DNA from: Elusimicrobiota bacterium
GTDB taxonomy: Bacteria; Elusimicrobiota; Elusimicrobia; F11
Reading direction: 5' to 3'
Assembly (NCBI GenBank): GCA_044221725.1
Contig: JBGAON010000003.1
Coordinates: 416,001 to 480,000 of the forward strand
Length of the DNA: 64,000 nucleotides
Part shown: piece after piece, positions 27,356 through 37,582 of the stretch
Numbering within the stretch: the stretch's first letter is position 1
How the letters are laid out: every line of letters starts with the position of its first letter
The notes under the pieces: model-generated
What the model saw: the letters and a program-made list of their open reading frames with translations, nothing else
Told to the model about the DNA's origin: nothing
Database searches by the model: none
Program-made: the position numbers and the translations under genes

Positions 27356-27427
27356 TCGGAGCGGTGGGAATTGAACCCACGACCTCACCCACCCCAAGGG
27401 TGCGCGCTACCACTACGCTACGCTCCG
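27356..27427 (-). tRNA. tRNA-Pro(GGG), CCA not encoded
   Basis: CGGAGCG acceptor stem, anticodon arm CACCC-TTGGGGT-GGGTG, T arm GTGGG-TTCAATT-CCCAC. Confidence 0.96.
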
Positions 27428-27568
27428 ATCTTCGCTCCTCGCATGAGACAGACGCGAACGGAGCTACGAACGTGCAGGATTGTACGATTCTCCTGAGCAT
27501 CATTCCAGTTTCAAAAGAACCTCCGCAACGCGTTCGTGGAAGAAACAGAGGCGAAACTGACAACAAAT

Positions 27569-27775
27569 TTAATTTAACGGAGAAACTGGCCCCGCGCAGC
27601 ATGCTTTGATCAAAATCTTCTCCATCAAGCACCATTTTGTGAACGCGGATTGAACCAAGTTTGCGCCCACGAAAGCGGTAAACCAATACCAGTTGGGGCT
27701 AAACCAATGGCCAAGTGCGAGACTCAGCAAAACGAAGCTTCCGGCGATGAGGCGTATGCGATGTTCGAGAATCAT
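27569..27775 (-). CDS. DUF2892 (YgaP-like) membrane protein
   Basis: IRLIAGSFVL..FVGANLVQSAFTKWCLME; ATG overlaps the RND stop. Confidence 0.85.
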   Translation of the reverse strand: MILEHRIRLIAGSFVLLSLALGHWFSPNWYWFTAFVGANLVQSAFTKWCLMEKILIKACCAGPVSPLN

Positions 27776-30700
27776 AATCCCTCCCCCTGCGATGGCGTTT
27801 TGAATCGGCGAGCGAGCATATAGTAAAGAATCGGAACCGCAACGCGCGATAAAAATGTGGAGGCCACCTCGCCGGCCATCAAAGCCACAGCGAGTCCTTG
27901 AAAAATAGGGTCGAACAAAATTACACCGGCCCCCACAACGACCGCCGCGGCTGTGAGAAGCATCGGACGAAAACGAATGGCCCCGGCGTCGATTACCGCG
28001 TCTTTCAGTGGCATTCCCTCGCGCATCCGAAGGTGAATGAAATCCACCAAAATAATCGAATTGCGGACGACGATGCCGGCGCCAGCGATAAATCCAATCA
28101 TCGACGTTGCCGTGAAGTATGCGTGAAAAAGCCAATGGCCCGGCAGAATGCCCACAAGCGTGAGTGGAATCGGCACCATGATCACGAGCGGAATCAAGAA
28201 CGACTCAAACCACGCGACCACCAAAATGTAAATAAGAATCAGCACCAAGCCAAAAGCAATTCCCAAATCACGGAACACTTCGACAGTGATATGCCACTCT
28301 CCGTCCCATTTGAGTGCCGTTTCTTCGGAGCTCCGCGGTTGTTGCGCGTAATATTGTTTGAGGTCGACGCCGTGGTCGCGTGCAAGTTGCTTAATTTTTG
28401 GGCCGAGATCGAGTACCGCGTACACCGGACTTTCTTGATGTCCGGCCACGTCGGCGATCACGTAGGTGACCGGCAAAAGATTCTTGTGATAAATCGGTTG
28501 GTCTTGAACGACGCGCTGTTCGCTCGTTAACGCACGAAGTGGAATCGGCGTTCCGTTTCGTGAAAGAAGAGTAATCGACTGGGCCGCGGAAAGATTGTGC
28601 CGCGCACTCGCCGGCAATCTCACCCGGATTTCAACGGGTTCAATATCGTTGCCGGTGTGTGCGAGGTCGATCGTCTGGCCGTCCAACGCCAGATTCAATG
28701 TCTGTGCCACAAGAACCGATGGCACACCGTTTAGTGTTGCTTTTTCTTTGTCGACAACCAGCCGGTTGAGCGGTTGTTGGTCGGGCACGTAAGTGTCCAC
28801 ATCCACGATGCCGTCGGTTTTCTCAAGCAACGAACGTAGATTCTTCGATAACGCGAGTTGCTGGGCCGCATCGGGTCCATAGAGTTCAAATACGAGCGTT
28901 GATAGAACCGGTGGACCCGGAGGCACTTCCGCTACTTGAACGCGCGCGTGGTACCGTTGTGCAATTGTGCGAATGTTTTCACGCGCGTCCTTGGCGATCG
29001 CGTGACTCGACCGTTCGCGTTCGTGACGACCGGTGAGGTTCACGATGATGTCCGCTTGGCTTGGTTGTTCGCGAAAGAAATAGTGCCGCACGAGACCGTT
29101 AAAATTGTATGGCGCCGCGATTCCCACATAGCTTGTCACTTGTCGCACCTCGGGCAGTTTTCGAAGCGCTTGCGCGATTTCGAGCGTGGCCTGCCGCGTG
29201 AAATCCAGTGAAGACGACTCGGGCATGTTGAGGATCACTTCAAACTCGTCTTTGTTATCGAACGGCAACATTTTAACGGTAACCGCTTTAAAATACAGCA
29301 GCGAAACAGCGATGAGAAACAACGCGAACATGAACCCCAAGTAAGTCCAACGTGCCACGGAATTCTCCAACAGAAAACGCATGGCGTGCCGATACATCTT
29401 ATCCAATCGGCCTTCCTGCGCGTGGTTGCTTGACGTTGGTTTCCACCATTCAAGGACGTGCGCAAACGCCCACGGTGAAATTGCAAAGGCAATGAACAGC
29501 GAAAATATCATCGCGAACGATGCGCCGACCGGAATCGGCCGCATGTAGGGACCCATCAATCCGCCAACGAACGCCATCGGAAGAATCGCCGCGATGACGG
29601 TCCATGTTGCAAGGATTGTTGGATTCCCGACTTCAGCAACCGCATCAACGGAAAGCGTCCAGAGCGATCGCCCATCTTTCATCATGAAATGCCGATGAAT
29701 GTTTTCTACGACCACAATTGCATCGTCCACCAAAATACCGATGGAAAAAATAAGTGCAAAGAGCGTAATGCGGTTTAGCGTGTAACCGAGCAGGAAGTAA
29801 ATCACGAGCGTGAGTGCCAGTGTCACCGGAATCGCAATTAGAACCACCAGTGCCTCGCGTATGCCGAGCGCAAGCGCGATCAAGAGGGTGACGGAAAGTG
29901 TTGCTAATAGCACATGAAACAAAAGTTCGTCTGATTTTTGCTTCGCGGTTTCGCCGTAATTGCGTGTAAGGGAAATCTGGAGATTTGCCGGCAACAGCGT
30001 TGGCCGAACTCTTTCTATGCGGGTCAGCACGTCGTTCACCAACGCGGTGGCGTTGGCGCCGCGCCGCTTCGAAACGGAAATCGTCACGGCTGGCACGGCC
30101 GCCTTTGCCGTGGCGTCGCTTGCGGCGCCGTTCTGAGTCCATACCTCCCGTTCGTCTTCATCGGGTCCGTCGGTCACGGTCGCGATATCTTTTACTTGTA
30201 TCGGATGACCCGCCGAGACGCCGACGATGACCCCCTCCAATTCTTTCGATGTGCGGATCAGCGCATCGGTTTCCACAAGCACGTTGTTGTTGTCCGACAT
30301 TGTCCGACCGCTTGGTAAGCGTTTGTTGGATGTTTGTAATATGCCGACGATTTCCATCGGCGTGATTCGGTAGCGATTCAGTTTCTCAGGAATAATATGA
30401 ATGAGGAATTGGCGCCGACGTCCTCCAATAATGTCGGTTTCCGAAACGTTGTTGACGGCACTGATCTCCTGTCGAAGATTGGCCGCTGCTTTTCGCAGCG
30501 CGAAGCCATCCAGTCCAGGGCCCGCCAGCGTGAGCGCGAGAACGGGCACATCATCAATTGAACGTGGCTTGATGAGCGGCTGGCCGCTACCCATCGCGAG
30601 CGAGTCGAGATGCGCAGCCGTTTTCGTATAAATTCGCGTCATCGCGTCTTCGGGGTTCGTGCCCACTTTGAAGCGCACAATGAACAACGCAAAATTTGGT

Positions 30701-30990
30701 TGCGACGTTGAATAAATATATTCGACGCCTGGAATTTCCCATAGCCGGCGTTCGCCCACGTTAATAATTCGCTGTTCAACTTCTTTTGCGCTTGCACCCG
30801 GAAAAGGAACCATGACGTCGAACATCGGCACATTGATCTGAGGCTCTTCTTCGCGCGGAAGTTTGAGGATCGCAAAAACGCCGGCCAAAAGAGCCGCGAA
30901 CGCGAGAAGCAAGGTAAGCTTCGAACGAATAAACGTGCGCGCCAAATAACCAGCAACGCCAAGCGAGTGTGGTGATGTCGCGGATTTCAA
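27772..30990 (-). CDS. RND efflux permease (AcrB/CzcA family)
   Basis: PREEEPQI, IGILVDDAIVVVENI, GIVVRNSIILVD, RFRPMLLT. Confidence 0.95.
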   Translation of the reverse strand: MKSATSPHSLGVAGYLARTFIRSKLTLLLAFAALLAGVFAILKLPREEEPQINVPMFDVMVPFPGASAKEVEQRIINVGERRLWEIPGVEYIYSTSQPNFALFIVRFKVGTNPEDAMTRIYTKTAAHLDSLAMGSGQPLIKPRSIDDVPVLALTLAGPGLDGFALRKAAANLRQEISAVNNVSETDIIGGRRRQFLIHIIPEKLNRYRITPMEIVGILQTSNKRLPSGRTMSDNNNVLVETDALIRTSKELEGVIVGVSAGHPIQVKDIATVTDGPDEDEREVWTQNGAASDATAKAAVPAVTISVSKRRGANATALVNDVLTRIERVRPTLLPANLQISLTRNYGETAKQKSDELLFHVLLATLSVTLLIALALGIREALVVLIAIPVTLALTLVIYFLLGYTLNRITLFALIFSIGILVDDAIVVVENIHRHFMMKDGRSLWTLSVDAVAEVGNPTILATWTVIAAILPMAFVGGLMGPYMRPIPVGASFAMIFSLFIAFAISPWAFAHVLEWWKPTSSNHAQEGRLDKMYRHAMRFLLENSVARWTYLGFMFALFLIAVSLLYFKAVTVKMLPFDNKDEFEVILNMPESSSLDFTRQATLEIAQALRKLPEVRQVTSYVGIAAPYNFNGLVRHYFFREQPSQADIIVNLTGRHERERSSHAIAKDARENIRTIAQRYHARVQVAEVPPGPPVLSTLVFELYGPDAAQQLALSKNLRSLLEKTDGIVDVDTYVPDQQPLNRLVVDKEKATLNGVPSVLVAQTLNLALDGQTIDLAHTGNDIEPVEIRVRLPASARHNLSAAQSITLLSRNGTPIPLRALTSEQRVVQDQPIYHKNLLPVTYVIADVAGHQESPVYAVLDLGPKIKQLARDHGVDLKQYYAQQPRSSEETALKWDGEWHITVEVFRDLGIAFGLVLILIYILVVAWFESFLIPLVIMVPIPLTLVGILPGHWLFHAYFTATSMIGFIAGAGIVVRNSIILVDFIHLRMREGMPLKDAVIDAGAIRFRPMLLTAAAVVVGAGVILFDPIFQGLAVALMAGEVASTFLSRVAVPILYYMLARRFKTPSQGEGL

Positions 30991-32366
30991 GGAACCCTCG
31001 CGACTGTGTCCGAGATTTGTTGAATGGACTTTGCATCGAGACGGCCTGCTCCGGCCATCAGCCGCAGATAACCAACATGAAGATCGAATAGCGTTTCTTC
31101 GCGAGCCGCTTTCGCGTGCGCCGTGGCTTCCTCGGCTCGCAGCACATCCAAAATGCTTTGCCGACCCGAACGGTAAAGAGGCCGAAACAATTCCAGCGAT
31201 CTCTCGGCTTGCGCGACGTTTTCCTCTATCTGAGAAAGCTTTTGCAGAAGGCCTTGGTACGCATAAAAATCCGCGGTTAGTTCCGATCGTATTTGGTCTT
31301 CAAGGGCCGTCCGCGAAAAACGTGCGGCGTCCAGGCCGGCGGCCGCGCGCTTCTTTCGCTGCGAATACGTAAGGTCTCCGAACGGAACGTGCGCCGAAAC
31401 GCCGTACAGTTGGTTGGTGGGATTTGAATGAAAATCTTCGGTATTTGATTCGATTGCCGCAAACGCCTGAACTTTCGGCAACCATGTTTGTCCTTCTCGG
31501 TCGCGCGCAACTTCCGCCATTGTTATTTGGGTTTGAGACCTTCGAATGGCGGGGCGCGATTCTATTGCAGAAGAGATCAAATCCTCCAGCGGTGGGACGC
31601 TGTACAGGGGGGCCGATAATTTCCCTGTCACGTTCGGGCTGATGTCGCCCGTAAGAATTGATAGATGTTTCAGCACCGTTTTTCGGTCGCTTTCGAGTTG
31701 AATCCGCCAGCTTTTCAAATTTCCACCGATGGCTTGTGCCGCAAAAAAATCGGAACCCAGAATGACGCCGCGATCCTTCAACCGAGAGGCCTCTTTTAAC
31801 TCTTGGTCCGCCAATTTTAAGTGCGCATCGAGCACCGCCAACACCGCATCATCGTACAACGCCTGAAGATAAACGCGTGCCGTTTCAAAACGAATTTGTT
31901 GAAGGGTTCCTTCGTGTTCGGTGAGCGCCGCTTCCTTTGTTAAACCGTTTAATCGAACTTCGTTACGAATTTCAAATCCAGTGAATAACGGAACGCCCAA
32001 TAACAACGCGCTTTTTATGTTCGTGAGAGGGGTTGGGCTGTTCAGCGAATCGATTGCGAAATTTGCCGGGCCGAACTTCTGTTGATTTAACAACGATCCG
32101 AAAACATAGACCGGCCCGTCGCCGCGTGTCGCCGCAATGTCCGCCGACAATTGCGGAAGGCGCATCGCTTCCGCCTGTTTCACTCCGGCATCGGCTTCAC
32201 GAATTTGCGCGGATGAGGCCTGCAGGCCCGCGCTGCGGGTAACCGCTTGCTCGACTCTGGTGAGCAAATTTTGTTGTGGCGCGGACGTCACCAAAGATGT
32301 TCCTATCGTAACGATCGTGACACTGGTGACGAATCCATGAAGCCGAACCTTCCATTTTGTTTCCAT
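30987..32366 (-). CDS. TolC-family outer membrane protein
   Basis: Two OEP repeats (RLPQLS..PLFTG; WLPKV..YRSGRQSILDVLRAE). Confidence 0.88.
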   Translation of the reverse strand: METKWKVRLHGFVTSVTIVTIGTSLVTSAPQQNLLTRVEQAVTRSAGLQASSAQIREADAGVKQAEAMRLPQLSADIAATRGDGPVYVFGSLLNQQKFGPANFAIDSLNSPTPLTNIKSALLLGVPLFTGFEIRNEVRLNGLTKEAALTEHEGTLQQIRFETARVYLQALYDDAVLAVLDAHLKLADQELKEASRLKDRGVILGSDFFAAQAIGGNLKSWRIQLESDRKTVLKHLSILTGDISPNVTGKLSAPLYSVPPLEDLISSAIESRPAIRRSQTQITMAEVARDREGQTWLPKVQAFAAIESNTEDFHSNPTNQLYGVSAHVPFGDLTYSQRKKRAAAGLDAARFSRTALEDQIRSELTADFYAYQGLLQKLSQIEENVAQAERSLELFRPLYRSGRQSILDVLRAEEATAHAKAAREETLFDLHVGYLRLMAGAGRLDAKSIQQISDTVARVP

Positions 32367-32377
32367 ATCCTTTGCTT

Positions 32378-33136
32378 TTACCTCGCCACCCAACCTCCGT
32401 CAACGACCAGCGGGTGTCCCGTCACAAACGACGCGCCTTTCGAACAGAGCCAAACAACCGCGTCGGCAATCTCTTCGGGTTTTCCCATTCGCCCCACCGG
32501 TTCTTGGGCGGCCATATCAGCGGCGATTTTTTTATCCCCTTTCGTGAAGCGGTCCACCATCGGCGTCCAGATCACGCCGGGACAGACGGCGTTGATTCGA
32601 ATTCCGGTTTTCGCATATTCCATGGCGGCGGTGCGCGTGAGTTGATTGACGCCTCCTTTCGATGCACAATAGGCAGGAATTCCTTCGAACGCTACCTGGC
32701 CGGCGATCGATGACGTGTTAACAATCGATCCGGATTTTTGTTTGAGCATTACCGGAATTTCGTATTTCATACACAGCCAGACGCCGCGCAGATTAATGTT
32801 AATGACGCGTTCCCAATTCTCTTCGCTGCATTCGGCGGTGGGCGCTGTTTCCCCTTCGATTCCGGCGTTGTTGAACGCGGCGTCCAGCCGGTGAAATGCT
32901 TGAAGGGTTTTGTCGATGAGCGTCTGAACATCGGAACTTTTCGACACGTCGGTACGCACAAAGATCGCGTGACCGCCGGCGCGTGTTACGAGATCAACGG
33001 TTTCTTCCCCTTTCTCGACGAGCATATCCGCAACCACCACCTTCGCGCCTTCGCGCGCAAACGCCAGCGCTGTTGCGCGCCCGATGCCGGAACTTGCCCC
33101 CGTTACCAGGCCTACTTGTCCTTCCATCGATTTCAT
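32378..33136 (-). CDS. SDR-family oxidoreductase
   Basis: TGASSGIG, NNAG, YCASK, VVDGG. Confidence 0.95.
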   Translation of the reverse strand: MKSMEGQVGLVTGASSGIGRATALAFAREGAKVVVADMLVEKGEETVDLVTRAGGHAIFVRTDVSKSSDVQTLIDKTLQAFHRLDAAFNNAGIEGETAPTAECSEENWERVININLRGVWLCMKYEIPVMLKQKSGSIVNTSSIAGQVAFEGIPAYCASKGGVNQLTRTAAMEYAKTGIRINAVCPGVIWTPMVDRFTKGDKKIAADMAAQEPVGRMGKPEEIADAVVWLCSKGASFVTGHPLVVDGGWVAR

Positions 33137-35535
33137 AAAGGCACCTCCTGTTGAGCGTTGTTCGTTGACGCGTGCCGCGCCAATCGCTGGATGACCGAAA
33201 CCACGCTGTCCGGATTCAGTGAAATAGAGTCGATTCCACTGCGAACAAGAAACTCGGCGAATTCTGGATGATCGCTCGGCGCCTGACCGCAAATGCCAAC
33301 CTCGCAACGCTTGCGATGGGCTGTTTCGATCACGTTTCGAATCATAATCTTGACCGCTTCGTTGCGCTCGTCGAAGATCTCAGCCAAGTCCTCAGAATCG
33401 CGGTCCACGCCGAGAACAAGTTGCGTAAGATCATTGGATCCAATCGAAAAGCCATCGAACCGATCGGCAAATTGATCGGCCAGAATCACGTTGGATGGAA
33501 TTTCGCACATCACGTACACCTGCAACCCGTTCCGACCGCGGCGCAGACCATGCGTCGACATTTCACTGAGCACCTTGTCAGCTTCCGTGAGCGTGCGGCA
33601 AAACGGAATCATCACGATAATGTTCGAAAAACCCATCTGCTCACGCGCGCGCAAAATCGCTTCGCATTCGAGCGCAAAACCCTCTCGATATTTTTCGTTG
33701 TAATAACGTGACGCTCCACGAAAACCGATCATCGGGTTTGCTTCGATCGGCTCGAACGAGCGTCCACCCAGCAAGTTTGCGTATTCGTTCGTTTTGAAAT
33801 CGCTCATTCGCACAATCACCGGATGCGGGTATTGCGATGCGGCAATTTTTGCGATGCCGCGCGCAAGCACGTCCACGAAATATTCCTTCTTGGGTTTGTA
33901 TCCGTGCGTGAGATCCTCAATTTGTTTGCGTTCCGCACGATCGCGTACCCGATCAAAATGCAGCGTGGCCATTGGATGAATTTTTATCACGTCGCTGATG
34001 ATAAATTCCATGCGCGCGAGACCGATGCCGCTCGTGGGCAGGCGCCACCACCGAAGTGCAGCCTCTGGACTTGCGATGTTCATCATGATTGGAATCGACG
34101 GTTTCCCCAATGTTTCGAGATCGACTTCGTTCTGTCGAAACGCCAACCTGCCATCGTAAACGAAACCGGTTTCGCCTTCGGCACAGCTGAGCGTTATTGC
34201 GGTATTGTCGCGAAGAAGCTCGGTTGCTCGCCCGGTGCCGACAATCGCCGGTATTCCCAATTCGCGGCTTACGATGGCCGCGTGCGACGTTCGTCCGCCG
34301 TGGTCCGTAACGATGCCGGCCGCTTTTTTCATTACCGGAACCCAATCGGGGTCTGTGGTGGTGGTGACGAGAATGGAGCCGCTTCGGAATTTCGTTAAGT
34401 CCGAGGCATGTCGAATAATTTGAACCGGTCCGATGGCGATGGCATCTCCGATCGCAAGTCCTTCGATAATCTTACGTCCTTTCTCGACGAGTTCATACGA
34501 TGTGAATGTCTTCCTTTGACGTTGTGATTGAACCGTTTCGGGACGAGCTTGAACAATGAAAAGTCGTCGCGACTCCCCATCCTTTGCCCACTCAATGTCC
34601 ATGGGGCGGCCATAATGACTTTCGATGAGCACAGCCCACCGCGCGAGCGTAAGCGTTTCCGCGTCGGTTAACACAAAGCTGGACCGCTCGACGGCGGACG
34701 TGCGAACTGTTTTCGTTGGTTGGTTTACGTTGGCCGTGATAATCATTTTTTGTTCTTTTCGTCCGCGCTTTTTTTCGACGATCGGCGTCGTTTGCCGGGC
34801 GGCCAACAGCGGTTTGAAAATCATGATTTCGTCGGGATCGACGGTTCCTTGCACGACCGTTTCGCCGAGTCCCCACGCCGCGTTGATAACCACGGCGTTC
34901 GGAAATCCCGATTCGGTATCAATCGAAAACATGACGCCCGATCCGGCGCGATCCGACCGGACCATTTTCTGAATCCCGATGGACAACGCGACTTTCATGT
35001 GGTCGAATTTTTTTTCGCGGCGATAGGCAATCGCACGGTCCGTAAACAGCGACGCGAAGCATCTTTGGCAAGCGGCGAGCACGGCGCTTTCTCCGCGCAC
35101 GTTGAGAAAGGTTTCCTGTTGACCCGCGAAACTCGCATCGGGAAGGTCTTCCGCGGTGGCACTGCTTCGCACCGCAACATCGACGTCTTTCATGTGGTAG
35201 CGCTGCCCCAATTCGCGATAGGCCTGCTGTATTTGACCGATCATTTCGTCGGAAAAAGTGGACCCGAGAATGATCTCGCGAACGGCTTGCCCCATTTTTC
35301 TTAGGGATTTATTCTCGTTTTTTATTTTTCCGAGCAACGAACGGATCTCATCTTTTGCGCGGTTCTCTCTCAGGAAATCCCAGTACGCTTCCGCGGTCGT
35401 TGCAAAACCGTCGGGAACATCAATTCCTTTCGGTTTCAATGTTTGAACCATTTCTCCGAGCGATGCATTTTTCCCGCCGACGATAGCGATATTCTGAATT
35501 CCGATATTTTCAAACCAGCGGATATACGTTTTCAT
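33133..35535 (-). CDS. ppsA: Phosphoenolpyruvate synthase
   Basis: VGGKNASLGEM, AVRSSATAED, GGRTSHAAIVSRE, DFKTNEYA, SIGSNDLTQL. Confidence 0.96.
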   Translation of the reverse strand: MKTYIRWFENIGIQNIAIVGGKNASLGEMVQTLKPKGIDVPDGFATTAEAYWDFLRENRAKDEIRSLLGKIKNENKSLRKMGQAVREIILGSTFSDEMIGQIQQAYRELGQRYHMKDVDVAVRSSATAEDLPDASFAGQQETFLNVRGESAVLAACQRCFASLFTDRAIAYRREKKFDHMKVALSIGIQKMVRSDRAGSGVMFSIDTESGFPNAVVINAAWGLGETVVQGTVDPDEIMIFKPLLAARQTTPIVEKKRGRKEQKMIITANVNQPTKTVRTSAVERSSFVLTDAETLTLARWAVLIESHYGRPMDIEWAKDGESRRLFIVQARPETVQSQRQRKTFTSYELVEKGRKIIEGLAIGDAIAIGPVQIIRHASDLTKFRSGSILVTTTTDPDWVPVMKKAAGIVTDHGGRTSHAAIVSRELGIPAIVGTGRATELLRDNTAITLSCAEGETGFVYDGRLAFRQNEVDLETLGKPSIPIMMNIASPEAALRWWRLPTSGIGLARMEFIISDVIKIHPMATLHFDRVRDRAERKQIEDLTHGYKPKKEYFVDVLARGIAKIAASQYPHPVIVRMSDFKTNEYANLLGGRSFEPIEANPMIGFRGASRYYNEKYREGFALECEAILRAREQMGFSNIIVMIPFCRTLTEADKVLSEMSTHGLRRGRNGLQVYVMCEIPSNVILADQFADRFDGFSIGSNDLTQLVLGVDRDSEDLAEIFDERNEAVKIMIRNVIETAHRKRCEVGICGQAPSDHPEFAEFLVRSGIDSISLNPDSVVSVIQRLARHASTNNAQQEVPL

Positions 35536-35673
35536 GATGACTTCACCACCCAAACGATGCAATACGTTACGAGAAAAGTTTACGTTTCCAATAAAGATTG
35601 AAATATGACGACGCTCATAATGTGCCGGAAACCGAAATGAGAAAATTATCACGAGGAAGCGAAGGGGGTCGTT

Positions 35674-36468
35674 ATGAAACGCGACAGGCGTCTATTCGCG
35701 CTGGTGGGTTCTTTGTTGGGGCTTGGGGCGCCGCTGGGTTGGCTATTTTGGCGAGCGTTGCTCGATCAGCCGATGTGGTTGAGAAATGAATTTCAGCAAT
35801 TTGGCGCTTTTTACGTTTATCTTGCGCTTGCAACCGTCACTGTGTTTACACTTTTCGGATATTTTCTCGGACGGCACAGCGACGTGGTTGGTGACCAATC
35901 GGCGTCGGTTAAAGAAACGCTGCGCAAAGTAAATTTGCTCGCAATCACCGATGCGTTAACGAATATTTATAACGCACGCTATCTTCATGAACAACTTTCG
36001 ATTGAGACGGAAGCCGCAAAACGCTACCACACGCCGTTGACGTGCCTCATGATGGATATCGACAATTTTAAGTCGATTAACGACCGATTTGGTCACCCGG
36101 CTGGGGACGTCGTTCTTGCAACGTTGGCAAAGATTGTTCAGCAGTCCGTGCGTCGGGTGGATATTGTCGGACGCCTTGGCGGTGAAGAATTTCTCGTAAT
36201 CATGCCTCACACCGCTCAGGGCACCGCCTTCCGCGTCGCTGAACGAATTCGCCAGGCGGTTCAACGATGGCCGTTTAAATTGGAGGGCGTGGCGATTCCG
36301 GTGACGGTCAGTATCGGAGTCGCGTGTTTGCCAACGGCGGGCATCGCGAACAAGAGCACGCTGATGAAAGCCGCCGATAACGCGTTGTACGAAGCGAAAA
36401 AATCCGGAAAGAACCGCAGCGTTGTTTCGCAATTTGTGGTTTCCCCTCCCGTCGGTTCTGTAAAATAA
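35674..36468 (+). CDS. Membrane diguanylate cyclase (GGDEF)
   Basis: Two TM segments, DIDNFKSIND, RxxD I-site, GGEEF. Confidence 0.93.
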   Translation: MKRDRRLFALVGSLLGLGAPLGWLFWRALLDQPMWLRNEFQQFGAFYVYLALATVTVFTLFGYFLGRHSDVVGDQSASVKETLRKVNLLAITDALTNIYNARYLHEQLSIETEAAKRYHTPLTCLMMDIDNFKSINDRFGHPAGDVVLATLAKIVQQSVRRVDIVGRLGGEEFLVIMPHTAQGTAFRVAERIRQAVQRWPFKLEGVAIPVTVSIGVACLPTAGIANKSTLMKAADNALYEAKKSGKNRSVVSQFVVSPPVGSVK

Positions 36469-36496
36469 AGATTCTAAAAATAAAAAGGAGCCGAAA

Positions 36497-37582
36497 ATGC
36501 CAGCCATATATTTTTTTGAAGTAACCCCAAGCGAGCGGTCGCATCTAAGAAATTATCGTCCGAACGGTTGTTCCGTGCGATTGTTTGCGGAACGTGTTGA
36601 CGAGGTCGATGCGACGACGCTTCGGGGGGCCGATGTCATATCGGTTTTTATTTATTCTCGCGTTACGGCTGAAATTCTTAAAAAGGTTCCGCGACTGAAA
36701 CTCGTGGCGACGCGTTCAACCGGCTTTGACCATATCGATGTCGACGCCTGCACGAAGCGCGGAATTGCGGTGGCGAATGTTCCGTTCTACGGAGAAAACA
36801 CCGTTGCTGAGCACACGTTTGCATTGATTCTCGCTTTGTCACGCAAAGTGCATCAAGCGTATTTCCGAACCATTCGCGGCGACTTTTCATTCGATGGTCT
36901 CGAAGGGTTTGATCTGAAGGACAAAACGTTGGGAATCGTCGGTACCGGCCACATTGGAATCCACGCGATTCGAATTGCAAAAGGATTTGGCATGAACGTT
37001 ATCGCCTACGATGTGATCAAAAATAATTTTATGGCCGAGACGCTTGGTTTTAAATACGTTTCGTTTGATGAGCTGCTCGGCGCATCGGACATTATTAGTC
37101 TTCATGCGCCGTACCGAAAAGAAACCCATCATTTAATCAACCGAGAAAACATTAAAAAGATTAAGAAAGGAGCTCTTCTCATTAATACGGCTCGGGGAGC
37201 TTTGGTGGAAACGGAGGCGCTTACGCTGGCGCTGGATCAGAAAATTTTGGCCGGAGCAGGATTGGATGTCCTCGAAGGCGAAGAACTCATAAAGGAAGAA
37301 CGGCAAATCTTGTCGAAAGAGTATTCCATTGAGCGTCTAAAGACATTGCTTCAAAATCACATCCTTCTTAATCGTGAAAATGTCGTGATCACGCCCCACA
37401 TTGCGTTTAATTCGAAAGAAGCGTTTCTTCGAATTTTGAACACAACGCTCAGCAACATTCGGGCTTTTTCATCAGGAAAACCCGAGAACGTTGTCGGCGC
37501 TAAACTTGTCGGATCACCTCAACGGAGCAATGCGCGCGGGCCGCAACCGCGGTCGAAACGCCGCCCATCAAAAGCCGTTTGA
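36497..37582 (+). CDS. D-isomer 2-hydroxyacid (D-lactate) dehydrogenase
   Basis: RSTGFDHID, GTGHIG, INTARG, TPHIAF. Confidence 0.9.
   Translation: MPAIYFFEVTPSERSHLRNYRPNGCSVRLFAERVDEVDATTLRGADVISVFIYSRVTAEILKKVPRLKLVATRSTGFDHIDVDACTKRGIAVANVPFYGENTVAEHTFALILALSRKVHQAYFRTIRGDFSFDGLEGFDLKDKTLGIVGTGHIGIHAIRIAKGFGMNVIAYDVIKNNFMAETLGFKYVSFDELLGASDIISLHAPYRKETHHLINRENIKKIKKGALLINTARGALVETEALTLALDQKILAGAGLDVLEGEELIKEERQILSKEYSIERLKTLLQNHILLNRENVVITPHIAFNSKEAFLRILNTTLSNIRAFSSGKPENVVGAKLVGSPQRSNARGPQPRSKRRPSKAV

Larger units (their letters stand above)
15552..27400. mobile_element. Integrative element of about 11.8 kb in tRNA-Pro(GGG); phage-satellite-like, with no structural or conjugation genes
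   Basis: att direct repeats, tyrosine integrase, excisionase, rep/DnaB/CHC2 module, resolvase; visibly more AT-rich than the flanks. Confidence 0.92.

Noticed and set aside
15552..27400. Intact prophage or ICE
   Set aside because: No recognisable capsid, portal, large terminase, tail, lysis, relaxase or T4SS genes
37500..37582. Convergent 83-bp overlap of the dehydrogenase and USP genes as a regulatory feature
   Set aside because: Most simply a stop-loss extension of the dehydrogenase tail; a similar overlap occurs at 9879-9959
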